DNA of 64,000 nt. Origin: a virus. Where the stretch lies: the IMG/VR virus record IMGVR_UViG_3300003155_000003; one strand, 5' to 3'. The position numbers and the translations under genes are program-made. This document shows, piece after piece, positions 24,607 through 33,956 of the stretch (position 1 is the stretch's first letter; each line of letters begins with the position of its first letter). The notes beneath the pieces were generated by a model. It searched no databases. It saw nothing but the letters and a program-made list of their open reading frames with translations, and was not told the origin of the DNA.

Positions 24607-24608
24607 AA

Positions 24609-24878
24609 ATGAAGTCACCGAAAGTAACTAAGCAAGAAGCCAGAGATTTAAAGAATATGGGCTTCATCCCTCAATCGATTAACAAATTGATTCAGAGACA
24701 TCTAATTAAGAAAATGATTCCACTTGGAGCAAGAGTTTCTATGAAACGTTCAGATAACTCTTTGTTTGTAGGATATTCAATCCCATTAAACCAAAAGAAC
24801 CTGGATTTAAGTGAAATTGAAAAACTCGAAGAAGTTATTGATGAACTGAAAGATATCATCAAGAAGAATAAATTTTAA
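24609..24878 (+). CDS. hypothetical protein, first gene of late operon
   Basis: 89-aa basic ORF. It sits where a small terminase might be expected, but no motif supports that call. Confidence 0.5.
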   Translation: MKSPKVTKQEARDLKNMGFIPQSINKLIQRHLIKKMIPLGARVSMKRSDNSLFVGYSIPLNQKNLDLSEIEKLEEVIDELKDIIKKNKF

Positions 24879-24883
24879 CCAAC

Positions 24884-25528
24884 ATGAAGAAATGGAAAGA
24901 TGTATTAGTTCTAGTCTTACTAGGATTTACTATTTACCTTTGCTTCAGGAATTACAAATTGAATTCGTATATCAGTCAACTTCCTGATTCATCGGTCATT
25001 GGTATCTCTGATACAATCAAACTGAAAGAAAAGTTTAAGCCCCAAAAACCTTTTTCCCAGTTAATTGAACCAAGTAGAATCCTTCTCTACGACTTTTATA
25101 GAAACAGCAATAGAATGACTAAATCTCCAAGTTCTGATTCAACAGCGGTTGATTCTGACCATTCGGTAAAAGTCAGCAAGAAGGATTCTCTGGTTCAGTT
25201 TACTCTAGACAACAACAAGTTAAATATCAGTCTGTTCAATAAGGAGACAGATTCTTATTCAACTAGAATGTTCAATCTAGACTTAGGGAATTACAAATAT
25301 AACTGGTATGAGGGACAATTAACTCAGAAGAAAATTCGGAAACTTAGTATTAGTCCTTATGTCTACGGTAAATACAGACCCTTTAATCAACTGTTTGATA
25401 TCGGAACTGGCCTTACAATCAAGACTACGAATTTTAATTACAAACTCGGAGTTAATGCTTTCTGTTATCCGAAATACTTTTCAGGTATAAAAGCTGACTT
25501 AGAGTTTTCAATTCAATATAACTTTTGA
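24884..25528 (+). CDS. membrane-anchored protein with beta-barrel-like C-terminus
   Basis: N-terminal anchor VLVLVLLGFTIYLCF. The C-terminal 60 aa or so alternate hydrophobic and polar residues and end in ...DLEFSIQYNF, a terminal aromatic as in OM beta-barrel signatures. Confidence 0.5.
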   Translation: MKKWKDVLVLVLLGFTIYLCFRNYKLNSYISQLPDSSVIGISDTIKLKEKFKPQKPFSQLIEPSRILLYDFYRNSNRMTKSPSSDSTAVDSDHSVKVSKKDSLVQFTLDNNKLNISLFNKETDSYSTRMFNLDLGNYKYNWYEGQLTQKKIRKLSISPYVYGKYRPFNQLFDIGTGLTIKTTNFNYKLGVNAFCYPKYFSGIKADLEFSIQYNF

Positions 25529-25529
25529 T

Positions 25530-27035
25530 ATGGCGAAAAAGATAATCACAGAAAATCACACTTCCCTTAACCGGGAGGAATTAGCAACCCTTGCAAAGGT
25601 TTCTAATGATGTTTTCTATTTCAGTCTTTTCACCTATGTGATACACCCAATGAGGGGAAAGGTTAGATTTGAACTTTATCCATACCAAAAATCGGTACTG
25701 TATAATTTCGTAAAAGAACGTTTCAATATCCTGCTTAAGTTTAGACAGGCTGGTATTACAGAACTTATTTCTATGTATTGCCTTTGGTTAGCAATGTATC
25801 ATCCTAACAAGAAGATTAACATTATCTCAATCAAAGACACAACTGCTAAGAAAGTACTTAAGAAGATTAAGTTCATGTATAAGAACCTGCCATGGTATTT
25901 ACAAACACCGATTATCAATGGTAGAGCTGGAGAATATGGTTCTGCATCCATGATAGAATTCGATAATGGTTCTTTCATAGAATCTATCCCTACATCTTCG
26001 GAAGCTGGTCGTTCAGAATCTCTTTCCTTACTGGTAATTGATGAAGCAGCAGTAGTTAGATGGGCAGCCCAGATTTGGGCAGCCGCTTTTCCTACTCTTT
26101 CCACTGGTGGAGCTGCTATCATCAATTCCACTCCCTACGGAGTTGGTAATTTTTATCACTCTACTTGGGTAGATGCAATTGCTGGAGGAAACCCATTTAA
26201 CCCACTTCGATTGTATTGGCAAATGCACCCAGAACGAGATATCAATTGGTACAATGAAATGTCTTCTGCCTTGGGAACCAAAAGAACTGCACAAGAAATT
26301 GATGGTGACTTCTTATCATCTGGAAATACAGTCTTCGACCTGTCTGATATCAAGGCAATCGAAGACTGCCTTAGTGATTATCCAGTTCTTAAGAAAAGGT
26401 TTAATGGTCAGTATAGGCAATTCTGCGAACCAGAAGATAACAAGGAATACTTTATTGGTGCCGACGTTTCTACTGGTAGAGCAACTGACTACTCTGCTTT
26501 TACTTGTATGGATAAAGCTGGAGAAGAACAAGCAGTATTCAAAGGCAGGTTATCAGTAGATAAGTATGCTAGATTACTGGGAGATACCGGTCAATTATTT
26601 AATTTTGCAACTATTGCTCCAGAATCAAACGATGTTGGATTGGCAGTAACCTCTAAACTTCAAGATGAAGGATATCCTAAACTGTATTACTACCAAAAGA
26701 TGCTTAAGAAAAAAGGTAAATCTAGACCCGAGATGGATAAATCTCCTGGATGGTTAACTACTCAAAGGAACCGTTCAGTAATCATTGAAGGTTTAGAACA
26801 AGATATACGAGAAGATAATATCACTTGTAAGGACCCATTCTTTGTTCAAGAAGCATATACCTTCATATATGATGGTTTGGGTAGGCCAGTTGCAATGGGT
26901 AAACATAGAGCTAACAATTCAGCAGTAGATGTAGACCTTGAAGGTGATGTCTATTCTGATGACTCCATATTTGGTAAAGCTATATGTAATCACATAAGGA
27001 AAGGAAAAACTAACGTAATTGTACAACCAAAATGA
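25530..27035 (+). CDS. terL: terminase large subunit
   Basis: ATPase blocks LKFRQAGITELIS (Walker-A-like) and SLLVIDEAA (Walker B). Nuclease block FIGADVSTGRATDYSAFT. 501 aa, directly upstream of the portal gene with an ATGA overlap. Confidence 0.85.
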   Translation: MAKKIITENHTSLNREELATLAKVSNDVFYFSLFTYVIHPMRGKVRFELYPYQKSVLYNFVKERFNILLKFRQAGITELISMYCLWLAMYHPNKKINIISIKDTTAKKVLKKIKFMYKNLPWYLQTPIINGRAGEYGSASMIEFDNGSFIESIPTSSEAGRSESLSLLVIDEAAVVRWAAQIWAAAFPTLSTGGAAIINSTPYGVGNFYHSTWVDAIAGGNPFNPLRLYWQMHPERDINWYNEMSSALGTKRTAQEIDGDFLSSGNTVFDLSDIKAIEDCLSDYPVLKKRFNGQYRQFCEPEDNKEYFIGADVSTGRATDYSAFTCMDKAGEEQAVFKGRLSVDKYARLLGDTGQLFNFATIAPESNDVGLAVTSKLQDEGYPKLYYYQKMLKKKGKSRPEMDKSPGWLTTQRNRSVIIEGLEQDIREDNITCKDPFFVQEAYTFIYDGLGRPVAMGKHRANNSAVDVDLEGDVYSDDSIFGKAICNHIRKGKTNVIVQPK

Positions 27036-28516
27036 AAAAGAAGTTCAACTTTAATTGGAGTTGGGGGAGAAAGAAGGACCCACCTCCAGAACCCTACAAA
27101 GAGGGGAAGAAATCAAAACCTTCTACTATCTCTCCTGGTAGAGTTTCAGTCGATGAAGATGAATCTCTTATCAGTTCATTAAAGGGTATTACTGCAATGG
27201 TAGACCCTTCTTTTCGTGTTGAAGTAATACCTCTAATTCGAGATTTATATAAAGTAAATCCGGATATGGGCATTGCTTTGCAGGATATGTTTAAGTTAAC
27301 CAATACTGGGCATACAGTAACATTCCCTAATAATACGGATGAAGAAGCAGATAAGATGAGGAAACACTTGGCTGAGAAAACTAAGAAATGGTCAAGGTAT
27401 ACTGCTGGAATAGATGGCTTGGTTAACAAGATGATTGTACAATGTCTTGTTGGCGGAGCTATTTCTGTTGAAGGAGTTCCTGATGAAAAGCTGGAAGGTT
27501 TGGATACTATTCTATTCCTTAGACCTGAGAACATTGTATTCAAAAGGGAAAACAATGGAGTATACTCTCCTTATCAAAAGAATAAGAATTATTTCATAAA
27601 GCACCAGGATTACATTAAGCTTAACCCAGAGACTTATGTATATGCTGCAATGTATAATGATACCGATGAACCATACGGAATACCACCGTTCATGGCAGCA
27701 TTAGATTCATTGAAAGGGCAACATGATATGAGGGTAAACTTTAAACATATCATGGAAGTCTGCGGTATGGTAGGATTCTTGGAAGCTAAGATGGCTAAAC
27801 CTGACCAATCTGGTAATGAAAGTGTAAGGCAATATGAAGCTAGACTAGAAAGAAACCTAAGAGACCTAAAGAGAAATCTTAGGGAGGGTATGAAAGATGG
27901 AATCGTAACCGGTTACATTGATGACCATGAGTTTAAGCTTAACTCTACCACTAAGGAATTAGGTAACATCAAGGAACCTTGGAACATGAATCAACAATCA
28001 GTTGCCAATGGTTTGGGAGTTAATGGTAATCTTATCGGAGTTAGTTCAACAACTGGTGAAGGAGCAACGGGGATAATGCTCTCTAAATTAATCAGCCAGT
28101 TAAAGAATCTACAAATGCTTGTAACTTATGTATTAGATTTTCTTTATTCTCTAGAACTGCGCCTGGCTGGCTTTAATAACAAGGGAATAAAGATTCAATG
28201 GGGGACTTCAACTATCTCGGATGAAGTTAAAGTTCAACAAGGTCTTCAATACAAGATACAGAATTTGGATTTGTTGTACAAAGCTGGTATCATTAGCCAA
28301 GACCAATATGCTTGGGCAATGGGATATGATTCTCCTGATGAGGATGAACCAAGAGTTTCACTTGAAGACCAGTTTGCTAAAGGTGGTAATTCAGACCCTC
28401 AAGAAGGTACTAAGAAGAAACAAAGGCAGGCTGATAAGAATCAATCTGCTCGTAGGTCAAGAGATAAAACTAATCCGGCTCCTTCTCGAGGAGACCAAAA
28501 TACTAAAGCAAGATGA
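27032..28516 (+). CDS. portal protein
   Basis: 494 aa, translationally coupled to terL, with a basic and disordered C-terminal tail. The call rests on size and synteny. Confidence 0.7.
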   Translation: MKKKFNFNWSWGRKKDPPPEPYKEGKKSKPSTISPGRVSVDEDESLISSLKGITAMVDPSFRVEVIPLIRDLYKVNPDMGIALQDMFKLTNTGHTVTFPNNTDEEADKMRKHLAEKTKKWSRYTAGIDGLVNKMIVQCLVGGAISVEGVPDEKLEGLDTILFLRPENIVFKRENNGVYSPYQKNKNYFIKHQDYIKLNPETYVYAAMYNDTDEPYGIPPFMAALDSLKGQHDMRVNFKHIMEVCGMVGFLEAKMAKPDQSGNESVRQYEARLERNLRDLKRNLREGMKDGIVTGYIDDHEFKLNSTTKELGNIKEPWNMNQQSVANGLGVNGNLIGVSSTTGEGATGIMLSKLISQLKNLQMLVTYVLDFLYSLELRLAGFNNKGIKIQWGTSTISDEVKVQQGLQYKIQNLDLLYKAGIISQDQYAWAMGYDSPDEDEPRVSLEDQFAKGGNSDPQEGTKKKQRQADKNQSARRSRDKTNPAPSRGDQNTKAR

Positions 28517-30018
28517 GTAAATTTACAAAGAAAAACAAAGAGCATCTTGATTCAATGGTGATTGGGCAAGGGCATACCATTATGGCTGGGTATATCCCAG
28601 AATCTGTTGGAGCCCAAGCTTTCTCCGAGAATTATTATAAATGGAAGACTCCAACACCGGACTCCATTGCTCAATTTGGATTTTGGGGAGGTGATATAGA
28701 TTACAATACTTATTATCCTAACCTTGATAAATCTGAACTTACTCCTAAGGACGAAGAATTTATCGAACCGATGTTTAGATTACTTTCAGAAACGATTGTA
28801 TCTAAGAATTGGAATCCTACTGACTTTAGTCAAAATGGAGTACTAAAGGCATCAATGAAACTGTTACTTGGTCAAACCGTAAACTGCGACCATGAAACAA
28901 ACATTGGTAATGCAATCGGGGCTGTATCTCAAGTGATGTGGCAAGAATCTTATAAAGATGGACACTTCACTATTCCTGCAGGTATCAATGGTATTCTGAA
29001 GATTGATGGTAAGGCAAATCCAAGAATTGCTAGAGGAATCCTTATGGAACCTCCTTCAATCCACAGTAATTCAGTAACTGTACAGTTCAAGTGGGATAAA
29101 TCTCATCCAGGAATGGAAGATGGTGAATTCTACCAGAAGCTTGGTACCTATGATTCTAAGGGAGAGATGGTACGTAGAATAGTTACTGAGATAGTTCGTT
29201 ATTTGGAAACTTCATTAGTATCCCATGGTGCTGATTCATTTGCTCAAAAGATTGGTTCAGATGGTAAAATTGTTAATCCTACTTTTGCAAAAAGAACCTG
29301 GGCTTCTTATGAGGAATATAGGGATGACAAGTCCAAACAGTATTTCTTTACTGACTACAAAACAGATCTCTCAGAGTTTCAAGAAAAGGACGATACTCAG
29401 GATTCTTTAATTGATAACCAAGAAAACCAAAATAATAATAAAGAGAATATGAACAAAGAATTGCAAGAATTTCTTGAAAAGCTTTTCGGGGATAACATGC
29501 TATCCCTTGCAGAAGGCAAAGAGATGACTCAGGAAGAAGTTATCTCATGTATTCAAAGCTTGGTATCATCCAAAAACAGTCTTCAGACTACGGTTGATAA
29601 TCTGACTACAGAGAAATCTTCTCTCACTGAACAGATTACTAATCTGAATGCTGAAGTAGCAAACTTGAAGGAAATGGCAACAGTAGGAAAGAATCACATT
29701 GCTTCTCTCCGTGAAAATGCCGTAGGTACTTATAAGAAGTTGATGGGTGACAAAGCCGATGAAACTATCATCACTATGTTGAATGCCGAAACTACTGGCA
29801 TGGTTACTTTGATTTCTCTCCAGAAAGACTATCAGGCTCGTTTGGAAGAGAAGTTCCCAATGGTATGCGCAAGCTGCGGTTCTCACGATGTAAGCCGTGC
29901 TTCTTCAGCTCAGGAAATTGATGAAAAATCAGGAACTCAGACTGAGGATAAAACTAAATTGGCCGAAAGATCTACTTCCGATGTTCTTGATGACATCTAC
30001 AAGAGTAAGTTCAAATAA
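28513..30018 (+). CDS. putative prohead protease / scaffold fusion
   Basis: ATGA-coupled to the portal gene. The N-terminal half has an HK97-protease-like block, NCDHETNIGNAIGAVSQVMW. The C-terminal half looks like a coiled coil by eye (LTTEKSSLTEQITNLNAEVANLKEM) and carries a CASCGSH motif. Confidence 0.4.
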   Translation: MSKFTKKNKEHLDSMVIGQGHTIMAGYIPESVGAQAFSENYYKWKTPTPDSIAQFGFWGGDIDYNTYYPNLDKSELTPKDEEFIEPMFRLLSETIVSKNWNPTDFSQNGVLKASMKLLLGQTVNCDHETNIGNAIGAVSQVMWQESYKDGHFTIPAGINGILKIDGKANPRIARGILMEPPSIHSNSVTVQFKWDKSHPGMEDGEFYQKLGTYDSKGEMVRRIVTEIVRYLETSLVSHGADSFAQKIGSDGKIVNPTFAKRTWASYEEYRDDKSKQYFFTDYKTDLSEFQEKDDTQDSLIDNQENQNNNKENMNKELQEFLEKLFGDNMLSLAEGKEMTQEEVISCIQSLVSSKNSLQTTVDNLTTEKSSLTEQITNLNAEVANLKEMATVGKNHIASLRENAVGTYKKLMGDKADETIITMLNAETTGMVTLISLQKDYQARLEEKFPMVCASCGSHDVSRASSAQEIDEKSGTQTEDKTKLAERSTSDVLDDIYKSKFK

Positions 30019-30044
30019 AGAAATAATCGATAAATATCACTGTT

Positions 30045-30512
30045 ATGACGAAAATCGTAAACAAAGACCAAGCAATGACTCTCTTTGGGGAAAAGACTCC
30101 AAGAGCGGTGATTTACAAAAGTGAATCCCACAAATTGCACCAAGCCTTCAATGTAAAAGAAGGAGAAACAATCGTTCAGGGTATGCCGGTAGCAATTGAT
30201 GAAACTGGCCTCATATTCCCTTTTAAAGCTGCTGATACTGAAGTATATTTGGGAGTTGCTGTTACTGATAACATCAATCCGGCTTACCGTGCCCAACATA
30301 ACTTCCCTGTAGAAGTTACAGTTGCCATGGAAGGTTACATGATTTGTAATTGGGTATCAAATACTACTCTTACTGCTGGTTATGTAATCCCTTCTGGAGA
30401 TTTGCTAAATGACCGTTTTGTAAAAGCAAACCAGGAAACCTCAACAACTCCTTTCATTGCTCTTACTCCGGCAGACGAAGCAAACGAGTTAATCCAAGTA
30501 CTTATTAAATAA
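30045..30512 (+). CDS. head decoration protein (DUF2190-like)
   Basis: EGETIVQGMPVAIDETGLIFPF...YLGVAVTDN...VEVTVAMEGYMI resembles the DUF2190 pattern. The gene sits immediately upstream of the capsid gene. Confidence 0.55.
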   Translation: MTKIVNKDQAMTLFGEKTPRAVIYKSESHKLHQAFNVKEGETIVQGMPVAIDETGLIFPFKAADTEVYLGVAVTDNINPAYRAQHNFPVEVTVAMEGYMICNWVSNTTLTAGYVIPSGDLLNDRFVKANQETSTTPFIALTPADEANELIQVLIK

Positions 30513-30527
30513 GAAGAAAAAGAAATT

Positions 30528-31646
30528 ATGGAAAAAGTTGATATTTCAAAACTGAAGAAGGAAGACTTTATCAAAGAACTTCCTCAAATGGTAAGTCAGC
30601 TGGATGCTTTCCGTCAGGGAGCCCAGAACAAAAAGCCGGTAGAAGTTACATTGGGTGAACTTGCTACAGGTAAGTGGGGAATTACAGAAGATGAACTGTT
30701 CGAAAAGGTTGGTATCAATCCAAAAATCGATACAATGGAAAATATCTTCACTATGCCTCAGCAAGATGTTCGTTGGATTGTTCCGGAAATCATTCGTTCT
30801 GCAATTACTTTGGGTATGCGACAAGCTCCGTTCTATCCGGAGATTATCGCATCTGACCAGTCTATCAATGGATTGACTGCTATCATGCCGATGATTAATA
30901 TGTCCGATGCTGCACCGGCTAAGGTTAATGAGGCAGAAACCATCCCATTGGGAGATGTAAGCTTTGGACAGAAATCAGTTTCTCTGTTCAAAATCGGTAA
31001 AGGTTTTAAACTTACTGATGAAGTTCGTAACTACGTTTCTCTTGATGTATTGGCAATCTACCTTCGTGACTTCGGTGTTCAGCTGGGTTATGCAATGGAT
31101 ACATTGGCCATGGACGTTGTTATCAATGGTAATAAACCGGATGGTTCAGAATCTGCTCCGATTATCGGTGTATACGAAACAACCAATGGTATCACATATA
31201 AGGACCTTCTCCATATCTGGGTACGTGCTGCTCGTATGGGACGTAACTTCACTACAATGATTGGTGGAGAAGACCAAGCTATCGAAATGTTGAACCTGCC
31301 AGAATTTAAAGACCGTCATTCAGGTACTACTGAAGCTACACTCAACATCAAGTCTCCGGTACCTAAGAATGCCAACTTCTACATCCATCCGGGAACTCCG
31401 GACCAAGGCCTTCTGCTGATTGATACAACGGCTGCCTTGATTAAGCTTACTGCTAAGCAGTTGATGTTGGAATCCGAAAGAATCGTTTCCAATCAGACTC
31501 AGGCAATCTATGCAAGCTTGACTACTGGCTTCTCTAAGATGTATCAGGATGCTGCACTTATCTTGTCTGCGAATAAGAAGTTCTCTGAAGCTGGATTCCC
31601 AGACTTCATGAACATCGACCCGTACTTGATGGTTAACCTGGAGTAA
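30528..31646 (+). CDS. major capsid protein (HK97-fold by position)
   Basis: 372 aa following the protease/scaffold and decoration genes. It shows strongly biased CCG/CGT/GGT codon usage and is followed by a perfect 10-bp-stem terminator. Confidence 0.75.
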   Translation: MEKVDISKLKKEDFIKELPQMVSQLDAFRQGAQNKKPVEVTLGELATGKWGITEDELFEKVGINPKIDTMENIFTMPQQDVRWIVPEIIRSAITLGMRQAPFYPEIIASDQSINGLTAIMPMINMSDAAPAKVNEAETIPLGDVSFGQKSVSLFKIGKGFKLTDEVRNYVSLDVLAIYLRDFGVQLGYAMDTLAMDVVINGNKPDGSESAPIIGVYETTNGITYKDLLHIWVRAARMGRNFTTMIGGEDQAIEMLNLPEFKDRHSGTTEATLNIKSPVPKNANFYIHPGTPDQGLLLIDTTAALIKLTAKQLMLESERIVSNQTQAIYASLTTGFSKMYQDAALILSANKKFSEAGFPDFMNIDPYLMVNLE

Positions 31647-31681
31647 ACCCGGTTTTATTTTACACAGTTCTAATTTCGAAT

Positions 31682-31717
31682 GGGATAGGGTTTTGAGAGG
31701 ACCCTATCCCTATTTTA
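31682..31717 (+). terminator. rho-independent terminator after capsid gene
   Basis: GGGATAGGGT-tttgagagg-ACCCTATCCC followed by TATTTT. Confidence 0.85.
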
Positions 31718-31734
31718 AACATCTAAAAACTTAG
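31713..31734 (+). promoter_or_regulatory. putative late promoter/leader motif L2
   Basis: TTTTAAACATCTAAAAACTTAG directly after the capsid terminator, 7 nt before the ATG at 31741. Confidence 0.4.
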
Positions 31735-31740
31735 TAGATT

Positions 31741-32136
31741 ATGAGTGAAAAAATAAAGGTAACTGTAGGAGCTAAAGCTTACAGTTTTCATGACCAGTCA
31801 ACTGGTATCACAATCGCAAGAGGAGAAGAAAGAGAACTTACTCTCCGTCAACTTGGTTCAAAGAAAATCCAAATGGCTTTGAACTCTGGTCATCTTCGGA
31901 TGATTGCTGATAAAAACAAAGTAGAGAAATATTCAGCAAGTGACTTGGATAAGCTGGAAAAGAAACTTACTGCTCAGTTTGAAAAGGGTATGGAAGTTGC
32001 AAAGATTGCAAAAGCCTACACTCTTGAAGAACTCACTCTCATTGCTGCTCGCCACGAAATCGTAGCCGAGAAGAATGATACCCCGGTAACCCTGGTTCAG
32101 GCTTTGCTGGAAGAGTTCGAAGAACAATCTAAATAA
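31741..32136 (+). CDS. hypothetical virion-module protein
   Basis: 131-aa ORF following the post-capsid terminator and the shared CTAAAAACTTAG leader motif. Confidence 0.5.
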   Translation: MSEKIKVTVGAKAYSFHDQSTGITIARGEERELTLRQLGSKKIQMALNSGHLRMIADKNKVEKYSASDLDKLEKKLTAQFEKGMEVAKIAKAYTLEELTLIAARHEIVAEKNDTPVTLVQALLEEFEEQSK

Positions 32137-32142
32137 TCCCTC

Positions 32143-33033
32143 ATGGAAAATCTAGACTTCGTAGCTACTACGAATGGTCTGGAAGTTTCATTTAGAGTAC
32201 TAAGCCAAGTCCCAGTCAAGGCCATTTTTGACTGGGACTTTGGTGATGATAAGGGGTCCGCTTACGATGTTAAGCAACCAACTTACACTTATGAAAAGTC
32301 CGGATTTTATACAGTAGCATTGAATATCACAAACTCCGATGGACTTAATCTTTCTGCTACCAAATTAGTAATTGTAAATACAAAGGCTGTTACTACATTA
32401 ACGGACAGTATATATAACCTTATTAATTATCTCATCCCTTCAGAAATCTCCGATGGTATGACCCTTGAGGAGAAGGAGATGTACATAACTAAATGGCAAT
32501 TATATATCCAACCACTAGTAAATCATTGTATTCCCTTGGATAAATATAATGATGAATTAATGTATGAAGCTCTAGAAAACCAATTAATAATGGAGTTGGC
32601 AGCCTGGGATTATCTAAATGTCAAGCTCCTTAATTTATTAACGAGTACCGGAGAATACCTTAGTCAACTAACATCAACCAAAGAACAAGCGGGAGATGGT
32701 AGTTCGAAACCAGAACTTACCCGAGGTGATAGGATTAAACAAATCACTACTGGGCCTACTGAAGTACAGTACTATGATATGCTTTCAGATTCAACATCTT
32801 CATTATGGAAAACATTCTCACAAGCTTTGCAACCTGGAGGTGTCATAGACGAATTAAAACAAAGACTTTGTATGTTAGCTACAAGATTGGAAATCTACTT
32901 ACCATTCTGTGCACCAGTTAATAAGTTAGTAGTTCCTCGAGTAGTTGACAGAAGAAGACCCGGTATATTGGATGGACCTAATCCAAGTGTACCAGTAAAA
33001 AGAAATGGTAGAACCTTAATCAAGAAAAGATGA
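32143..33033 (+). CDS. PKD/Ig-like domain virion protein
   Basis: The N-terminal block FDWDFGDDKGSAYDVKQPTYTYEKSGFYTVALNITNSDGL is a classic PKD signature (WDFGDG...H.Y...G.Y.V.L.V.N). Confidence 0.65.
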   Translation: MENLDFVATTNGLEVSFRVLSQVPVKAIFDWDFGDDKGSAYDVKQPTYTYEKSGFYTVALNITNSDGLNLSATKLVIVNTKAVTTLTDSIYNLINYLIPSEISDGMTLEEKEMYITKWQLYIQPLVNHCIPLDKYNDELMYEALENQLIMELAAWDYLNVKLLNLLTSTGEYLSQLTSTKEQAGDGSSKPELTRGDRIKQITTGPTEVQYYDMLSDSTSSLWKTFSQALQPGGVIDELKQRLCMLATRLEIYLPFCAPVNKLVVPRVVDRRRPGILDGPNPSVPVKRNGRTLIKKR

Positions 33034-33506
33034 CCAAGACTCCTCATAGAATGGTAAAGAATCGTTCTTGGGATAGATACAAGAAGATTATCAATGACTT
33101 CTTGGACATAGATGCTGGAAGGCAAACTATAACTTGGGCAAAGAATGTAAATCAACTCCTAAGTCATGGAGAAGATTATATCCCTAAATATTATAATATA
33201 CCCATCGAGGCTCTCTGTTATTACAATGCCTTTCGAAACTGGCCTATCAATAAAGCCACAATCACTGGAGAACTCGATGATGAGAATCTATCCATACTAG
33301 TTACAAAATCCTATATAGAAAACCTGGGATACTTAACTCCAGAAGGTTATTGGGATTTTAACTGGTCTGAGGATAGGTTCGTAATTAACGGTATTACTTA
33401 TAAACCTGCAGGAGATACACAAGTTGCCCAGGCCAAAGATGAAGCATTGGTGTTCATGGTCATTCTCAAGAGAGATAGAGATACTAAAATCGAATTTGTA
33501 GAATAA
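33030..33506 (+). CDS. hypothetical head-tail joining region protein
   Basis: 158 aa with an ATGA overlap with the upstream gene. The call is by position only. Confidence 0.45.
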   Translation: MTKTPHRMVKNRSWDRYKKIINDFLDIDAGRQTITWAKNVNQLLSHGEDYIPKYYNIPIEALCYYNAFRNWPINKATITGELDDENLSILVTKSYIENLGYLTPEGYWDFNWSEDRFVINGITYKPAGDTQVAQAKDEALVFMVILKRDRDTKIEFVE

Positions 33507-33518
33507 AAATGAACGTAT

Positions 33519-33935
33519 ATGGCAAAGATGTTACAATTACGATGGACTCGAATTGAAACCCAAAATGGGATTTGGTTCGATAGTAATAGGGTAATCCTAC
33601 ATGGTATATGCGGAATACATGTTGAAATGAAAGGGCAAGGAAATGATATTACAGCCATGCAATCCATGACTGGTGATAAATACGTTTCTTGCTTTCAAGA
33701 TTATTTCGGAGACCTTTGGGATAAGATAATACCTCATCCAGGTATTGGGCAAACTATGAAGTTCAGAGTCAATAGATTACCAGATTATGCAATAATCAGA
33801 GGTGATGTTGAGGATGGCGGAGACGTAGACCCAGATAATCCAGAAATACCCATGAATACTTTCTGTGGTTCAGAAGGAGAACCATTCAGAGGTAATAATA
33901 CTGAACTGTTCTTGGGTAAACAACCTATTAATTAA
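33519..33935 (+). CDS. hypothetical virion-module protein
   Basis: 138-aa ORF. Confidence 0.45.
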   Translation: MAKMLQLRWTRIETQNGIWFDSNRVILHGICGIHVEMKGQGNDITAMQSMTGDKYVSCFQDYFGDLWDKIIPHPGIGQTMKFRVNRLPDYAIIRGDVEDGGDVDPDNPEIPMNTFCGSEGEPFRGNNTELFLGKQPIN

Positions 33936-33956
33936 CCCTTAAATATATAAACCTAT

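Noticed and set aside
28221-28520. A 99-aa ORF in an alternate frame at the 3' end of the portal gene. Similar nested ORFs occur in terL (26173-26559) and in the capsid gene (30655-30876, 30964-31260).
   Set aside because: They are fully nested in well-supported genes, have no independent signals, and have composition typical of off-frame translation.
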